A stretch of DNA of 64,000 nucleotides, from the IMG/VR virus record IMGVR_UViG_3300027770_000054; one strand, written 5' to 3'. The DNA comes from an uncultured virus (IMG/VR IMGVR_UViG_3300027770_000054). Taxonomy: Duplodnaviria > Heunggongvirae > Uroviricota > Caudoviricetes. The notes beneath the pieces were generated by a model. That model was not told where the DNA came from, did not search any database, and saw only the letters and a list, made by a program, of their open reading frames with translations. Position numbers and translations under genes: made by a program. Shown one piece after another: positions 49,598 to 60,256 of the stretch (position 1 is the stretch's first letter; each line of letters begins with the position of its first letter).

Positions 49598-50430
49598 TAT
49601 CGGTATTTGGATCTAGTGGATTTATTGGGTCTAGATTTGTTGATACATTCAAAGACAAATGTATCGCTATACCTAGAGAATGTAATACACCACAATCTAA
49701 TACTGTTCTTTATTTAATAAGCACAGTTGATAATTATAATGTATATACAGATCCATATTTGGATGTTAATACAAATCTCATAAAACTAATAAATGTTCTT
49801 GAACAGTGTAAAAACTTTTCAGAACCATTAACATTTAATTTTATCAGTTCTTGGTTTGTGTATGGAAAGACTAATGAATTTCCAGCAAAGGAAACTTCAA
49901 TTTGCAATCCCAGAGGATTTTATTCGATTACTAAATATGCAGCAGAAAGAATGGTTGAATCTTATTGTGAAACTTTTAACATCAACTATAAGATAATGCG
50001 ATTGACCAATATAATTGGTCCTGGTGACAAAAAAGTATCCAATAAGAAGAATGCATTGCAATATATGTTCAATCAGTTGAAATCCAATGATCAGGTCAAA
50101 TTGTATAATAATGGAGAAGTTATTAGAGATTATATGGGTGTTGATGATTGTTGTAATGCTATAATGACATGTATTGATAATGCAGATAATAAATCCATAA
50201 CAAATATTTCCAATTCAGAACCAACAAAGATAAAAGATATAATCAATTATGCTAAAGTTAAGTTAAATTCTCAAAGTGAAATATTATCAATAGATACACC
50301 ACAATTTCATAAAACTGTTCAAATTGAGAACATGTATCTTGACAATACCGCTCTTTGTATGCTAGGATATACACCAAAAAGCACTGTGTATCAGTGCGTA
50401 GATTCTATATTGAAAATAAACAATGATTAA
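49594..50430 (+). CDS. NAD-dependent epimerase/dehydratase (possible 4-keto-sugar reductase)
   Basis: 'VFGSSGFIG', 'SSWFVYG', YxxxK 'YSITK', 'RL.N..G'. Confidence 0.85.
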   Translation: MISVFGSSGFIGSRFVDTFKDKCIAIPRECNTPQSNTVLYLISTVDNYNVYTDPYLDVNTNLIKLINVLEQCKNFSEPLTFNFISSWFVYGKTNEFPAKETSICNPRGFYSITKYAAERMVESYCETFNINYKIMRLTNIIGPGDKKVSNKKNALQYMFNQLKSNDQVKLYNNGEVIRDYMGVDDCCNAIMTCIDNADNKSITNISNSEPTKIKDIINYAKVKLNSQSEILSIDTPQFHKTVQIENMYLDNTALCMLGYTPKSTVYQCVDSILKINND

Positions 50431-51760
50431 TTTAAACACTGATAATCTTATTAAAGAAAAGTTATCAAAATTGATAACAGAGATTGTGATTTCATCTAAA
50501 AAAGAATGGATTCCAGGTATTGATTGGATTTCATATGCTGGATCTTTTATGGATGAAAACGAGTATATTGCTGCCGTCGAATGCCTATTGGATGGTTGGT
50601 TTGCTCTCGGTGAAAATGGTATTAAATTTGAAAGACAATTTAAATTTCATATAGGGAAAAATTATGGGTTATTGACGAATAGTGGATCTAGTGCAAATTT
50701 ATTGATGGTTTCTGCGCTTAAATCTAAAAATTTATACAATTTGCCAGTAGGATCAAAAATAATAACTCCATGTGCTGGATTTCCAACAACAGTAAATCCA
50801 ATATTGCAAAATGGTTTTGTTCCTGTTTTTGTGGATATAGAAATTGAGACTCTTAATATTGATTTGGATCAATTTGAAAAGGCAGCAAAAGATGGAGCAA
50901 GTGCAGTAATTTTTGCACATGTTTTAGGTAATCCTCCAAACATGGATCGTGTTATGGAGATCGTAGACAAATATAATCTTATTTTACTTGAAGATTGTTG
51001 TGATGCTCTTGGTAGTTCTTTTGATGGTAAACTTTTGGGATCGTTTGGTCAATTTGCATCATGTTCTTTTTACCCAGCACACCATATTACAATGGGAGAA
51101 GGTGGATTTGTTGGATGTAGAACAGAAGAACAAGAAACAGTAATTAGAAGTATTCGTGATTGGGGTAGAGGTTGCTATTGCTCTGGTAAAGGTTCTGCTT
51201 GCCTGAAGAATGGAATGTGTAAAAAGAGATTCAGCAATTGGTTGCCAGATATGCCAGATGTAATTTTTGATCACAAATATATTTACGATGAAATTGGTTA
51301 TAATTTAAAACCACTAGATTTGCAAGCAGCTATTGGTCTAGTTCAGATTAAAAAAATACCTGAAATTATAAAAATAAGAAAGAATAATTTTAACAGATTA
51401 TATTCTATATTTTCGAAATATGAAACAATATTTCATTTGCCCAAAGCAACTCAAAATTCAGATCCTTCATGGTTTGCATTTCCATTGACCGTGAGGGATG
51501 GTGTTCAGTTAAATAGATCTGATTTTACTTTATATCTTGAAAATTGTAAAATACAGACTAGAAATTATTTTGGTGGTAATTTATTACTTCAACCAGCTTA
51601 TCGTGGATTGTATAGTGGAAACGCAATGATAGATTTTCCAGTTGCAACAAAAATTACAAAAGATACTTTCTTTTTAGGTACAAGTCCAGTAATTTCAGAT
51701 CAACAACTTGTCTACATAGAAGAGAAAGTGAATGAATATTTTCAGTCAGTCAAGTTTTAA
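50423..51760 (+). CDS. rfbH: RfbH/DdhC-like 4-keto-6-deoxy-sugar 3-dehydratase
   Basis: 'NSGSSANLL', 'FPTTVNP', 'EDCCDALGS', His in place of the PLP lysine in 'SFYPAHHITMGEGG', Fe-S-type 'RDWGR.C.C......C....C', 'DHKY.Y..IGYNLK'. Confidence 0.9.
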   Translation: MINLNTDNLIKEKLSKLITEIVISSKKEWIPGIDWISYAGSFMDENEYIAAVECLLDGWFALGENGIKFERQFKFHIGKNYGLLTNSGSSANLLMVSALKSKNLYNLPVGSKIITPCAGFPTTVNPILQNGFVPVFVDIEIETLNIDLDQFEKAAKDGASAVIFAHVLGNPPNMDRVMEIVDKYNLILLEDCCDALGSSFDGKLLGSFGQFASCSFYPAHHITMGEGGFVGCRTEEQETVIRSIRDWGRGCYCSGKGSACLKNGMCKKRFSNWLPDMPDVIFDHKYIYDEIGYNLKPLDLQAAIGLVQIKKIPEIIKIRKNNFNRLYSIFSKYETIFHLPKATQNSDPSWFAFPLTVRDGVQLNRSDFTLYLENCKIQTRNYFGGNLLLQPAYRGLYSGNAMIDFPVATKITKDTFFLGTSPVISDQQLVYIEEKVNEYFQSVKF

Positions 51761-51771
51761 GAGTATTAATT

Positions 51772-52986
51772 ATGAAACCAAAAATTGCACTATCTATGAT
51801 CGTTAAGAATGAATCTCATATTATTCATGAGTGTTTGAATTCTATTTACAAGTACATTGATTACTGGATTGTTTCCGATACTGGATCCACCGATGGAACT
51901 CAAGATATCATTAAGAATTTCTTTGCAGAAAAAGGAATTCCTGGTGAGATTCATCAAGATGAGTGGAAGAACTTTGGTCACAATAGAACACAGGCACTTC
52001 GCCATTGTGATGGTAAGTGTGATTATATCTGGATGATTGATGCGGATGACTGCATAGAAGGTGATTTTAAATTTCCATTAGAAATGACAGCAGATGGATA
52101 TGTGATTCGCATGGGTCGCGAAGATTTCTCTTGGTGGAGAACTCAAATTTTCCGAATGGATGCCAAGTGGGAATACAAAGGTGTTCTTCACGAATATCCA
52201 GCATGTGCTAAAGAACAACCAATGCTTACAAAGATTGAAGGAAAGTATAATCTCAATGCACGAACTCTTGGTGCAAGAAATGTTGGAATTACTCCAGTAG
52301 AAAAATACAAGAGAGATGCCGATATGCTTGAAATTGCAATGGTGGATGAACCAACCAACACTAGGTATCAATTCTATCTTGCACAATCGTATTTTGATTC
52401 TCAGCAATGGGAAAAGTCTGAGGCAGCATATAAGAAGCGTGCTGAAATGGGTGGATGGGCAGAGGAAGTTTATTACGCACTTTATCGTGTTGCTGTTTGT
52501 CGCGCAATGTTGGATAGACCGTGGCCTGAGATTCAAGCATCATTCCTTGATGCATATAATTATCGTCCAATTCGTTCCGAACCGTTGGTCCATATTTCCC
52601 AAGTTCTTCGTCAAAAATATAATCAACCAGCAGCTGCATTTGTGTTTGCACGAATGGCAGCAGAAATGCCACTACCTCAAGGTGAGATTCTATTTGTTCC
52701 TGATGCCATTTATAACTTTGTGGCATTAGATGAACTTGGAGCAACAGCATTTGCTGCTGGTAGACCAGAACTTGGATTTCTTGCGTGTAAGAAACTTTTG
52801 GAAGAAAATAGACTACCAAAGGGCGAAATTGACAGAGTTCAGCAAAATTATAATCAATATAAAACAATTCTTGAACAAATAGATCAACAACGAAAACAAT
52901 ACGAAGCACACATACAAAAAACACAACCAGTTCCTGAAATTAAATCCCAAAAATTTAAGGAACGAAAGAAACAAAAAGTTAAATAA
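51772..52986 (+). CDS. GT2 glycosyltransferase with TPR-like C-terminus
   Basis: 'LSMIVKNE...I..CL.S', 'DTGSTDGT', 'W.NF...R..AL', 'IDADD', 'GVLHE', then helical repeats 'FYLAQSY'. Confidence 0.9.
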   Translation: MKPKIALSMIVKNESHIIHECLNSIYKYIDYWIVSDTGSTDGTQDIIKNFFAEKGIPGEIHQDEWKNFGHNRTQALRHCDGKCDYIWMIDADDCIEGDFKFPLEMTADGYVIRMGREDFSWWRTQIFRMDAKWEYKGVLHEYPACAKEQPMLTKIEGKYNLNARTLGARNVGITPVEKYKRDADMLEIAMVDEPTNTRYQFYLAQSYFDSQQWEKSEAAYKKRAEMGGWAEEVYYALYRVAVCRAMLDRPWPEIQASFLDAYNYRPIRSEPLVHISQVLRQKYNQPAAAFVFARMAAEMPLPQGEILFVPDAIYNFVALDELGATAFAAGRPELGFLACKKLLEENRLPKGEIDRVQQNYNQYKTILEQIDQQRKQYEAHIQKTQPVPEIKSQKFKERKKQKVK

Positions 52987-52991
52987 TTTTG

Positions 52992-52999
52992 TATAAATA
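52992..52999 (+). promoter_or_regulatory. Late promoter TATAAATA upstream of the collagen-fibre cluster
   Basis: Exact consensus in the intergenic gap. Confidence 0.8.
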
Positions 53000-53014
53000 G
53001 TGCTATAGTAAACT

Positions 53015-54790
53015 ATGGCATTTCCAATAAATCCAATTTCAGGAACCACACACGGCGTTAATAGTCGTGTGTGGTCATATAATGGCATCGCGTGGGATAG
53101 ACTAGATCTAGGAACTAGCACAGGGGGTTCTGGTGGTATTAGTGGTCCTTATGTAATATCCATAAACGGATTCATTGGTGGGGTCACGCTCTCAGCGGGG
53201 TCTGGTATCACTCTAAGTGGTACTGGTGGAATTATAACAATTTCCACTACTGGTACTGCTGGTCAAGGAACAATATTCTATTATCAAGCTACTGGTCCAA
53301 GTTCTGGTATAACTACTGGCGACAGGTGGATGGATTCCGATACAGGAATTGAATTTGTATACATCAACGATGGCAATTCTCCACAATGGGTTCAACCATT
53401 AAATGCTGGAACCGTGGGACCAGCAGGTGCAGCAGGAAATACTGGTAATACTGGAAATACTGGTATTCAAGGAAATACTGGTAATACTGGAAATACTGGT
53501 TCTCCAGGTATTCAAGGCAACACTGGTAATACTGGAAATACTGGTTCTCCAGGTATTCAAGGAAATACAGGTAATACTGGTGCTACAGGTATTCAAGGAA
53601 ATACTGGTAATACTGGTTCTCCAGGTATTCAAGGAAATACAGGTAATACTGGTTCTCCAGGTATTCAAGGAAATACTGGTAATACAGGAAACAATGGAAA
53701 CACAGGAAACACAGGTAATACTGGAAACACTGGTAATACTGGTAACAATGGAAACACAGGTGCTACTGGTTATGGATATACTGCTGCTGGTATTTCTGGT
53801 GGGTTCCTTTGGATATCGCCAGTAGATGAATTTGGTATTCGTGGAGCATCATTCTCCATTGGATATGTTCAAGGTAATACAGGTAATACAGGAAACAATG
53901 GAAACACAGGTAATACTGGAAACACTGGTAACAATGGAAACACAGGTGCTACTGGATCTGGTTATACTGGAATTGGTATATCTGGTGGATTCTTGTGGAT
54001 ATCACCAGTAAATAATTCTGGTAAAGGTGCTTCTTTTAGTATAGGATATGTTCAAGGAAATACTGGTAATACAGGAAACAATGGAAACACAGGAAACACA
54101 GGTAATACTGGAAACACTGGAAACACAGGTTCAACTGGTGCTACTGGTTATGGATATACTGCTGCTGGTATTTCTGGTGGGTTCCTTTGGATATCGCCAG
54201 TAGATGGATTTGGTATTCGTGGAGCATCATTCTCTATAGGATATGTTCAAGGAAATACTGGTAATACAGGAAACACTGGTAATACAGGAAATACTGGAAA
54301 TACAGGAAACACAGGTAATACAGGTGCTACTGGTAACACAGGTTCAACTGGTGCTACTGGTTATGGATATACTGCCGCTGGTCTTTCTGGTGGATTCTTG
54401 TGGATATCACCTATAGATGGATTTGGTATTCGTGGAGCATCATTCTCTATAGGATATGTTCAAGGTAATACTGGTAATACAGGTGCTACTGGTCAAGCAC
54501 CAATATTCTATTATCAAGCTACTGCTCCGACTTCTGGTATAACGACTGGCGACAGGTGGATGGATTCCGATACAGGAATTGAATTTGTATATATCTACGA
54601 TGGTAACTCTCCACAATGGGTACAACCATTAAATGCTGCATCTCAAGGTAGTCAATATCTCTACGAGTTGACTCCCGCTTCCGCTACTGCGACAGGAACA
54701 AAAGGAGACATTGTTTACGACACAAACTACATCTATGTCTGCATAGCAACTGACACTTGGAAGCGGACAGCAATTTCTACTTGGGTGTGA
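53015..54790 (+). CDS. Collagen-like (Gly-Asn-Thr) fibre protein with four interrupting 'GGFLWISP' modules
   Basis: Long (GNT)n/(GSPGIQ) runs, two 'GDRWMDSDTG' modules, C-terminal 'G..GDI.YD..Y.YVC.ATDTWKR'. Confidence 0.85.
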   Translation: MAFPINPISGTTHGVNSRVWSYNGIAWDRLDLGTSTGGSGGISGPYVISINGFIGGVTLSAGSGITLSGTGGIITISTTGTAGQGTIFYYQATGPSSGITTGDRWMDSDTGIEFVYINDGNSPQWVQPLNAGTVGPAGAAGNTGNTGNTGIQGNTGNTGNTGSPGIQGNTGNTGNTGSPGIQGNTGNTGATGIQGNTGNTGSPGIQGNTGNTGSPGIQGNTGNTGNNGNTGNTGNTGNTGNTGNNGNTGATGYGYTAAGISGGFLWISPVDEFGIRGASFSIGYVQGNTGNTGNNGNTGNTGNTGNNGNTGATGSGYTGIGISGGFLWISPVNNSGKGASFSIGYVQGNTGNTGNNGNTGNTGNTGNTGNTGSTGATGYGYTAAGISGGFLWISPVDGFGIRGASFSIGYVQGNTGNTGNTGNTGNTGNTGNTGNTGATGNTGSTGATGYGYTAAGLSGGFLWISPIDGFGIRGASFSIGYVQGNTGNTGATGQAPIFYYQATAPTSGITTGDRWMDSDTGIEFVYIYDGNSPQWVQPLNAASQGSQYLYELTPASATATGTKGDIVYDTNYIYVCIATDTWKRTAISTWV

Positions 54791-54801
54791 TCGTTATGGA
54801 C

Positions 54802-54809
54802 TATAAATA
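54802..54809 (+). promoter_or_regulatory. Late promoter TATAAATA
   Basis: Exact consensus followed by an AAGGA SD and the ATG at 54824. Confidence 0.8.
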
Positions 54810-54823
54810 TTAAAGGATAATAC

Positions 54824-55972
54824 ATGCCATTAGATTTCCCTCCATCCCCAGCACCGAATTATATTTATACCTTTGGCACTTCTTCTTGGAAGTGGACTGG
54901 TGATTCGTGGACAGTTTATTCTACTCCACTTTTGGGTAACACTGGTGCTACTGGCAACACAGGTGCTACTGGTCCAGTTGGTGATTATGTAATTACATTC
55001 AATGGAAGAACTGGTAACATTCAAGGTGTGACATCAATCAATGGTGCTACAGGTACTATAATAAATGTGGCATTTACAAATCTAGGAAATACCTTTACTG
55101 TCAGACAGGTAATGAATGCTGGTCTTACGACTTCTTCTATAAATGTTGCTGGTGTAGCATCATTCAATCCATCAAACAGCGGACAGAATACTTTAGGCGG
55201 AACAAGTACCACTCTTGCATCAACTGCCACGACAGTTCAGAATACAGCAGCACTGCTGACTATTTCAACCACTTTCTTACCAGGAAACAATGCTACGCTC
55301 AGACTACAGGGATCTGATGGAAGTGGTGAAACTTCATATACTAATGATATTAAACCCCAGACTACACAGACTGGAAATTTAACACATACTCTGCCAGCGA
55401 CTACAGGAACATTACTGAATGATAAATTACAGTATGTTGCTTCAATAAATGGAAGAACGGGTGACATTCAAGGTGTGACATCAATCAATGGTGCTACAGG
55501 TACTATAATAAATGTGGCATTTACAAATCTTGGAAATACCTTTAGTGTTTGTCAAGTATTCAATGCTGGCATAACCGCCTCTGGTGGAATGACATTATTT
55601 GGATCATTAAATTCTTATAGTGGAATTTCTGCTTCTGGCATCACATCAGATTCTGGGTATAAAATAACAGCTGGTGCAATCAATGCCCAAACAGTAAGTT
55701 ATACTATGCTAGGATCAGACAACGGCAAAATCATAACCATGAATCCTGCTTCTACAGGAATCACACTTACTGTTCCTACTGGATTGCCCATCGGTCACAC
55801 AACAACAATTATTCGTCTTAGCTCTACTCTAAATGTTGGAATAAGTGCCGCTAGTGGTGTGACAATCAATAGTTTCCAGAATCAGAAAAATATTGCTGGT
55901 CAACATGCTGCTGTAAGTTTGATTTCTTATACCACCGATACATTCAATCTTGCAGGAGGACTGACAGGATGA
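54824..55972 (+). CDS. Fibre-like structural protein
   Basis: 'MPLDFP.SP...W.W.G..W' N-terminus, short collagen, duplicated 'NGRTG.IQGVTSINGATG' block, C-terminal 'SYT....DNGK.I' domain. Confidence 0.7.
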   Translation: MPLDFPPSPAPNYIYTFGTSSWKWTGDSWTVYSTPLLGNTGATGNTGATGPVGDYVITFNGRTGNIQGVTSINGATGTIINVAFTNLGNTFTVRQVMNAGLTTSSINVAGVASFNPSNSGQNTLGGTSTTLASTATTVQNTAALLTISTTFLPGNNATLRLQGSDGSGETSYTNDIKPQTTQTGNLTHTLPATTGTLLNDKLQYVASINGRTGDIQGVTSINGATGTIINVAFTNLGNTFSVCQVFNAGITASGGMTLFGSLNSYSGISASGITSDSGYKITAGAINAQTVSYTMLGSDNGKIITMNPASTGITLTVPTGLPIGHTTTIIRLSSTLNVGISAASGVTINSFQNQKNIAGQHAAVSLISYTTDTFNLAGGLTG

Positions 55973-56484
55973 TACTTCCTAATTGTCGTCCTGCATATTT
56001 AACACCAATACAGATCAAAGGATCCAATACTCCAGCAGCAGTGAATTGGACCAATATAAGATTTACCGCGTCTTCGGGAACACATCAATTCACAGAACAG
56101 CAAATAACAGGAATTTCAACTCCTATAGTTTTAAGTGTGAATGGAGCATGGGGATCCAATAGTACATTATATTATCGTGTTGCTCCAACTACAACGCCAT
56201 TGCCAAACCCTTTACTCAATAAAGATGTATTTGTAGGAGTAACAGCATTTGATTACGCTGTAGGATTTGGATCATCCTCACAAGGATTCACTGCATGTCT
56301 TCCATTCAATAGTACTGGAAGCACTTTTGCAGTGAATAATAATGATTTTGTTGCATTTATATGCTGGGGTGCTGATCAGGCGCCTGGTCCATCAGTTATA
56401 TTCCCAACATGGACAGTTACAGTCAATAACGAATCTGCTGGTGCAGCTACTTTGGATACTTTTGACGCAATAACAAATCCATAA
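55969..56484 (+). CDS. Hypothetical protein (probably structural)
   Basis: ATGA-coupled ORF inside the fibre cluster. Confidence 0.6.
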   Translation: MILPNCRPAYLTPIQIKGSNTPAAVNWTNIRFTASSGTHQFTEQQITGISTPIVLSVNGAWGSNSTLYYRVAPTTTPLPNPLLNKDVFVGVTAFDYAVGFGSSSQGFTACLPFNSTGSTFAVNNNDFVAFICWGADQAPGPSVIFPTWTVTVNNESAGAATLDTFDAITNP

Positions 56485-56502
56485 ATATAACGGAGAAATT
56501 AT

Positions 56503-56934
56503 ATGCCAGCATCACGGTACGATATTCAAGCAGATCAGGGAGCAACATTCAAGTTGCATTTGCATTATAAATTTTCTGGTGGAACTGGAATTGATATTGG
56601 AAACTTTACAGGAAGAATGCAAGTCCGAAGATCCTCAAAAGATCCAAATGTTATTTTATTCTTAACTCAAAATGGTGTTACTGGTGGTGGTATTACTGGA
56701 GAATTTGCTATTGGTAGTGGAATTGCTGGTAGTGGTGGAATTAGTTTCAATACTTCTATTTCTGGAGCAACAGCATTTACTGGTGGAATATTTCTAAGAG
56801 TTGATGCTGATACTATGACTAATGTTCCAAATGGAAAGCATTTTTATGATCTTGAATTAAAGAATTCGCTCAATGAAGTGATGAGACTTATGGAAGGTTC
56901 ATTTGAAGTCTCAAGAGAAATTACGAGAACATAA
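56503..56934 (+). CDS. Fibre-associated beta-sandwich adaptor-like protein
   Basis: 'YDI..DQGATF', 'RMQVR', 'YDLEL.......RL.EG...VS.E.T' is a motif set common next to phage fibres. CATAAATA at 56480. Confidence 0.7.
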   Translation: MPASRYDIQADQGATFKLHLHYKFSGGTGIDIGNFTGRMQVRRSSKDPNVILFLTQNGVTGGGITGEFAIGSGIAGSGGISFNTSISGATAFTGGIFLRVDADTMTNVPNGKHFYDLELKNSLNEVMRLMEGSFEVSREITRT

Positions 56935-56937
56935 CAG

Positions 56938-59907
56938 ATGGCAGAAGAGAAACCAATACTGGTAGTAACTCAAATTCCTCCGAACACAATTGTTACGGAG
57001 AGTTCTGCTAATAACTTAGTAGTCAATAACACATTACCATCCACAGTATTGATTGCTGCTGCATTGGGGCCAGCAATTGCTGGTGGTGCTGGTGCTCAAG
57101 GTATAAGAGGAACTACAGGTGCTACTGGTGCTACTGGTTCTGGTTATACTGCAATTGGTCTTTCTGGTGGGTTTCTTTGGGTTTCTCCTGTAAGTAATAC
57201 TGGAGTTCGTGGAGCATCATTTTCCATTGGATATGTTTTAGGATCAACTGGTAACACTGGAAATACTGGTATTCAAGGTAACACTGGTAACACTGGTAAT
57301 ACTGGTTCTCCAGGTATTCAAGGAAATACAGGTAACACTGGTAACACTGGAAATACTGGTTCTCCAGGTATTCAAGGTAACACTGGTAATACTGGAAACA
57401 CTGGTTCTGATGGTTCTCCAGGTATTCAAGGAAATACAGGTAATACTGGTTCTCCAGGTATTCAAGGTAACACTGGTAATACTGGAAACACTGGTGCTCC
57501 AGGTATTCAAGGTAACACTGGTAATACTGGTTCTCCAGGTATTCAAGGAAATACAGGTAATACTGGAAACACTGGTTCTCCAGGTATTCAAGGAAATACA
57601 GGTAATACTGGTTCTCCAGGTATTCAAGGTAACACTGGTAATACTGGTAATACTGGTTCTCCAGGTATTCAAGGAAATACAGGTAATACTGGTTCTCCAG
57701 GTATTCAAGGAAATACAGGTAATACAGGTAATACTGGAAACACTGGTGCTCCAGGTATTCAAGGAAATACAGGTAATACTGGTTCTCCAGGTATTCAAGG
57801 AAATACAGGTAACACTGGTAATACAGGTATTCAAGGAAATACAGGTAACACTGGTAATACAGGTAATACTGGTTCTCAAGGTCCATCTGGTGGTGTTAAT
57901 TTTGCTTTTGGTGCAACTGCTCCTTCCAACCCAACTGGTGGAGATCAATGGTTAGATAGCAATACTGGAGCATTGCTCACTTATTTTTATGACGGAAATT
58001 CTTCTCAATGGGTTCAATTCCTTAAAGGAATTCCTGGTCCTCAAGGAGCAACTGGTCCGAGCGGAGTAGTCTCTGGTGATTATGTTGCTTTGTTCAATGG
58101 AAAAACTGGAAATGTTGGTATTTCTGCTGGATCGTTCATAACAATCACTCAAACAGGAAACACATTTACAATATCTTCTAGTGTAGGAACTGTTGCAGGT
58201 TCTACAGGAAATACTGGTGCTACTGGTTCTCCAGGTATTCAAGGTAACACTGGTAACACTGGTAATACAGGTATTCAAGGTAACACTGGTAACACTGGTA
58301 ATACAGGTATTCAAGGTAACACTGGAAATACTGGTAACACTGGAAATACAGGTATTCAAGGTAACACTGGTAATACTGGTAACACTGGAAATACAGGTAT
58401 TCAAGGTAACACTGGTAACACTGGTAACACTGGTATTCAAGGTAACACTGGTAACACTGGAAATACAGGTATTCAAGGTAATACTGGAAATACTGGAGCA
58501 TGTGGTCCAACCGATATACGATCAACAAATTCAGCATCCACATTCTATCCATTATTTGCTGGAGGTTCTGGAAATACTTACATTTATATTGATGATGTCA
58601 CTACACCATTTACATATGTCCCAAGTAGTGGTGCATTAACAGCAAAGATATTCGCCATAGCAACTGGAGTTAATTCATCCTCATTGAACGCAACCTATGT
58701 TGAATTTAATACTAGTACAGACTCATCAAGTGTTTCTGCTACCAATATTGGTAATGTTGGATCATCACCATTTACAGTTCAATCAAATGTTAAATTAAAA
58801 TTAACTGCTCCAACTATAGAATTTTATGGATCTGGTTGGGGATATACATTCCCTGCATCAAATGGAACTACTGGTCAAGCATTACTGACAAGAGGTGATG
58901 CTGGACTTTATTGGGGAACGGTTTCTACATCTGGTGGTAGTGGAACAACTCTATTTGCTGGAAGAGGAATTACTCTAACTACAGCATCCGCAGGAACTAC
59001 AGTTGCTACTATTCTAGGAATGACCAGTGCGAATGATGGATTCTTGATTTCTGGTGGTATAACCCAAAGAACTCTTGGATTTAGTGGTGGTGATGTGACA
59101 ATTGAAGGTGGAACATTTGCATCAGTAATAACATTCCCAACTGTATCTACAACACTTGTTGGAATTCACAATGCAGTAACTTCGTTCAATGGATCAACTG
59201 GTGATATTACATTCGCTGGTGGTGTTACTGGAGTGAATGGTAAAACTGGAAATGCTTTTGTGTTTGAATATTATCTAGGGTTTACTTCCACCGTAAACAC
59301 TTCAACATATCCAGAAGGTGGAACTGCTAATTATGCGTCAAATCAACCAGTATATTACAGTTCCTCACCATTTAATGATATAATATCATCGGGTAGAGCA
59401 AAACCAAATAGAGTTTATTTTAATCCATTTGTAATTCCAACCCAAACAACAATACAAATATTGCGACTTAGTGGATATCAAAACGGATTATGTGGTGGAA
59501 CTGGAAATGTATTTTTAGGAATATATAATGCAAATTCTTATGGTATGCCAAAAGACAAACTATATTCGTCCAGCAGTCTAGTAGTATTAAGTGATTTTGC
59601 CAATACTCATGATTATAATCCTTCTGGATTGATTACTCTATCTCCTGGATATTATTATCTTGCAGCAGTATTTAATAATAATCCTACACTATATTCGTTT
59701 ACTACTGGAGCGCAAACCAGTACAAGTCCATTTGGATCTCAAAATCTTGCTGGTGGATATCAGAACCGAGCTATTATTATAGATCAGGGTGGATTTACCT
59801 TACCGATAAGTGGAATCACTAGTGGTGCTAGATTTGTTGATTATAGCGTTGGTGGAACATATACAAATCTTATGGTAAGTCCACTAATAGAATTTAGGAT
59901 TCTATAA
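56938..59907 (+). CDS. Long collagen-like fibre protein (989 aa)
   Basis: Two long Gly-X-Y tracts (GNT/GSP/GIQ), one GGFLW module, one GDQW module, and a globular C-terminus. Confidence 0.85.
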   Translation: MAEEKPILVVTQIPPNTIVTESSANNLVVNNTLPSTVLIAAALGPAIAGGAGAQGIRGTTGATGATGSGYTAIGLSGGFLWVSPVSNTGVRGASFSIGYVLGSTGNTGNTGIQGNTGNTGNTGSPGIQGNTGNTGNTGNTGSPGIQGNTGNTGNTGSDGSPGIQGNTGNTGSPGIQGNTGNTGNTGAPGIQGNTGNTGSPGIQGNTGNTGNTGSPGIQGNTGNTGSPGIQGNTGNTGNTGSPGIQGNTGNTGSPGIQGNTGNTGNTGNTGAPGIQGNTGNTGSPGIQGNTGNTGNTGIQGNTGNTGNTGNTGSQGPSGGVNFAFGATAPSNPTGGDQWLDSNTGALLTYFYDGNSSQWVQFLKGIPGPQGATGPSGVVSGDYVALFNGKTGNVGISAGSFITITQTGNTFTISSSVGTVAGSTGNTGATGSPGIQGNTGNTGNTGIQGNTGNTGNTGIQGNTGNTGNTGNTGIQGNTGNTGNTGNTGIQGNTGNTGNTGIQGNTGNTGNTGIQGNTGNTGACGPTDIRSTNSASTFYPLFAGGSGNTYIYIDDVTTPFTYVPSSGALTAKIFAIATGVNSSSLNATYVEFNTSTDSSSVSATNIGNVGSSPFTVQSNVKLKLTAPTIEFYGSGWGYTFPASNGTTGQALLTRGDAGLYWGTVSTSGGSGTTLFAGRGITLTTASAGTTVATILGMTSANDGFLISGGITQRTLGFSGGDVTIEGGTFASVITFPTVSTTLVGIHNAVTSFNGSTGDITFAGGVTGVNGKTGNAFVFEYYLGFTSTVNTSTYPEGGTANYASNQPVYYSSSPFNDIISSGRAKPNRVYFNPFVIPTQTTIQILRLSGYQNGLCGGTGNVFLGIYNANSYGMPKDKLYSSSSLVVLSDFANTHDYNPSGLITLSPGYYYLAAVFNNNPTLYSFTTGAQTSTSPFGSQNLAGGYQNRAIIIDQGGFTLPISGITSGARFVDYSVGGTYTNLMVSPLIEFRIL
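57250..57880 (+). repeat. Degenerate tandem repeat array encoding (GNT)2-4-GSP-GIQ
   Basis: Many ggtaatact/ggaaacact 9-mers and ggttctccaggtattcaa units. A second array lies at about 58205-58500. Confidence 0.9.
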
Positions 59908-60242
59908 TGAAAGTATTCAAACAATACAGTTTCAACGAACTCACACAAGAATCAACTTTAATAGATGATAGAGATTTTTATCATTGTAAACAATTTCAAT
60001 TAAAAGAGCTAAGAAATATTGCTAACAAACTGATTATCTCTAGTGTTCCAGAATATAAGCAAAGAAACGCAGCACTTGGATTGCTGTCTGATGAAGAAAC
60101 ACAACAGATTAAAGATTCAATACAAGCAATAAGAACAATATCAAATCAAAAAGAAGCAGAGATACTCGCAGTTGTTTGGGATGGACAAGAATCCACAAGA
60201 GCAGAAGCGTGTGATATAGTTCAGAGGATATTCTGGGAATAA
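59907..60242 (+). CDS. Small helical protein, possible fibre assembly chaperone
   Basis: TAATG-coupled to the fibre gene. 'P.YKQ.N' and a terminal 'I.W' are typical of tail-fibre assembly proteins. Confidence 0.5.
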   Translation: MKVFKQYSFNELTQESTLIDDRDFYHCKQFQLKELRNIANKLIISSVPEYKQRNAALGLLSDEETQQIKDSIQAIRTISNQKEAEILAVVWDGQESTRAEACDIVQRIFWE

Positions 60243-60256
60243 ATAATTAAACTACC

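Noticed and set aside
38899..52986. DNA hypermodification (glucosyl-hmC-type) cluster
   Set aside because: No hydroxymethylase, thymidylate-synthase-like or T4 alpha/beta-glucosyltransferase-like gene was recognised. The families present are surface-glycan types, though a DNA role is not formally excluded.
53420..54490. N-glycosylation sequons in GNT repeats
   Set aside because: GNTGNT reads N-T-G, which is not N-x-S/T; O-linkage to Thr is the more plausible hypothesis.
57131..58639. Long alternative-frame and minus-strand ORFs (YQCYLEY, VLQVFK, TSITCIS repeats)
   Set aside because: Shadow translations of the stop-free collagen repeat DNA. The same applies at 53399-54011.
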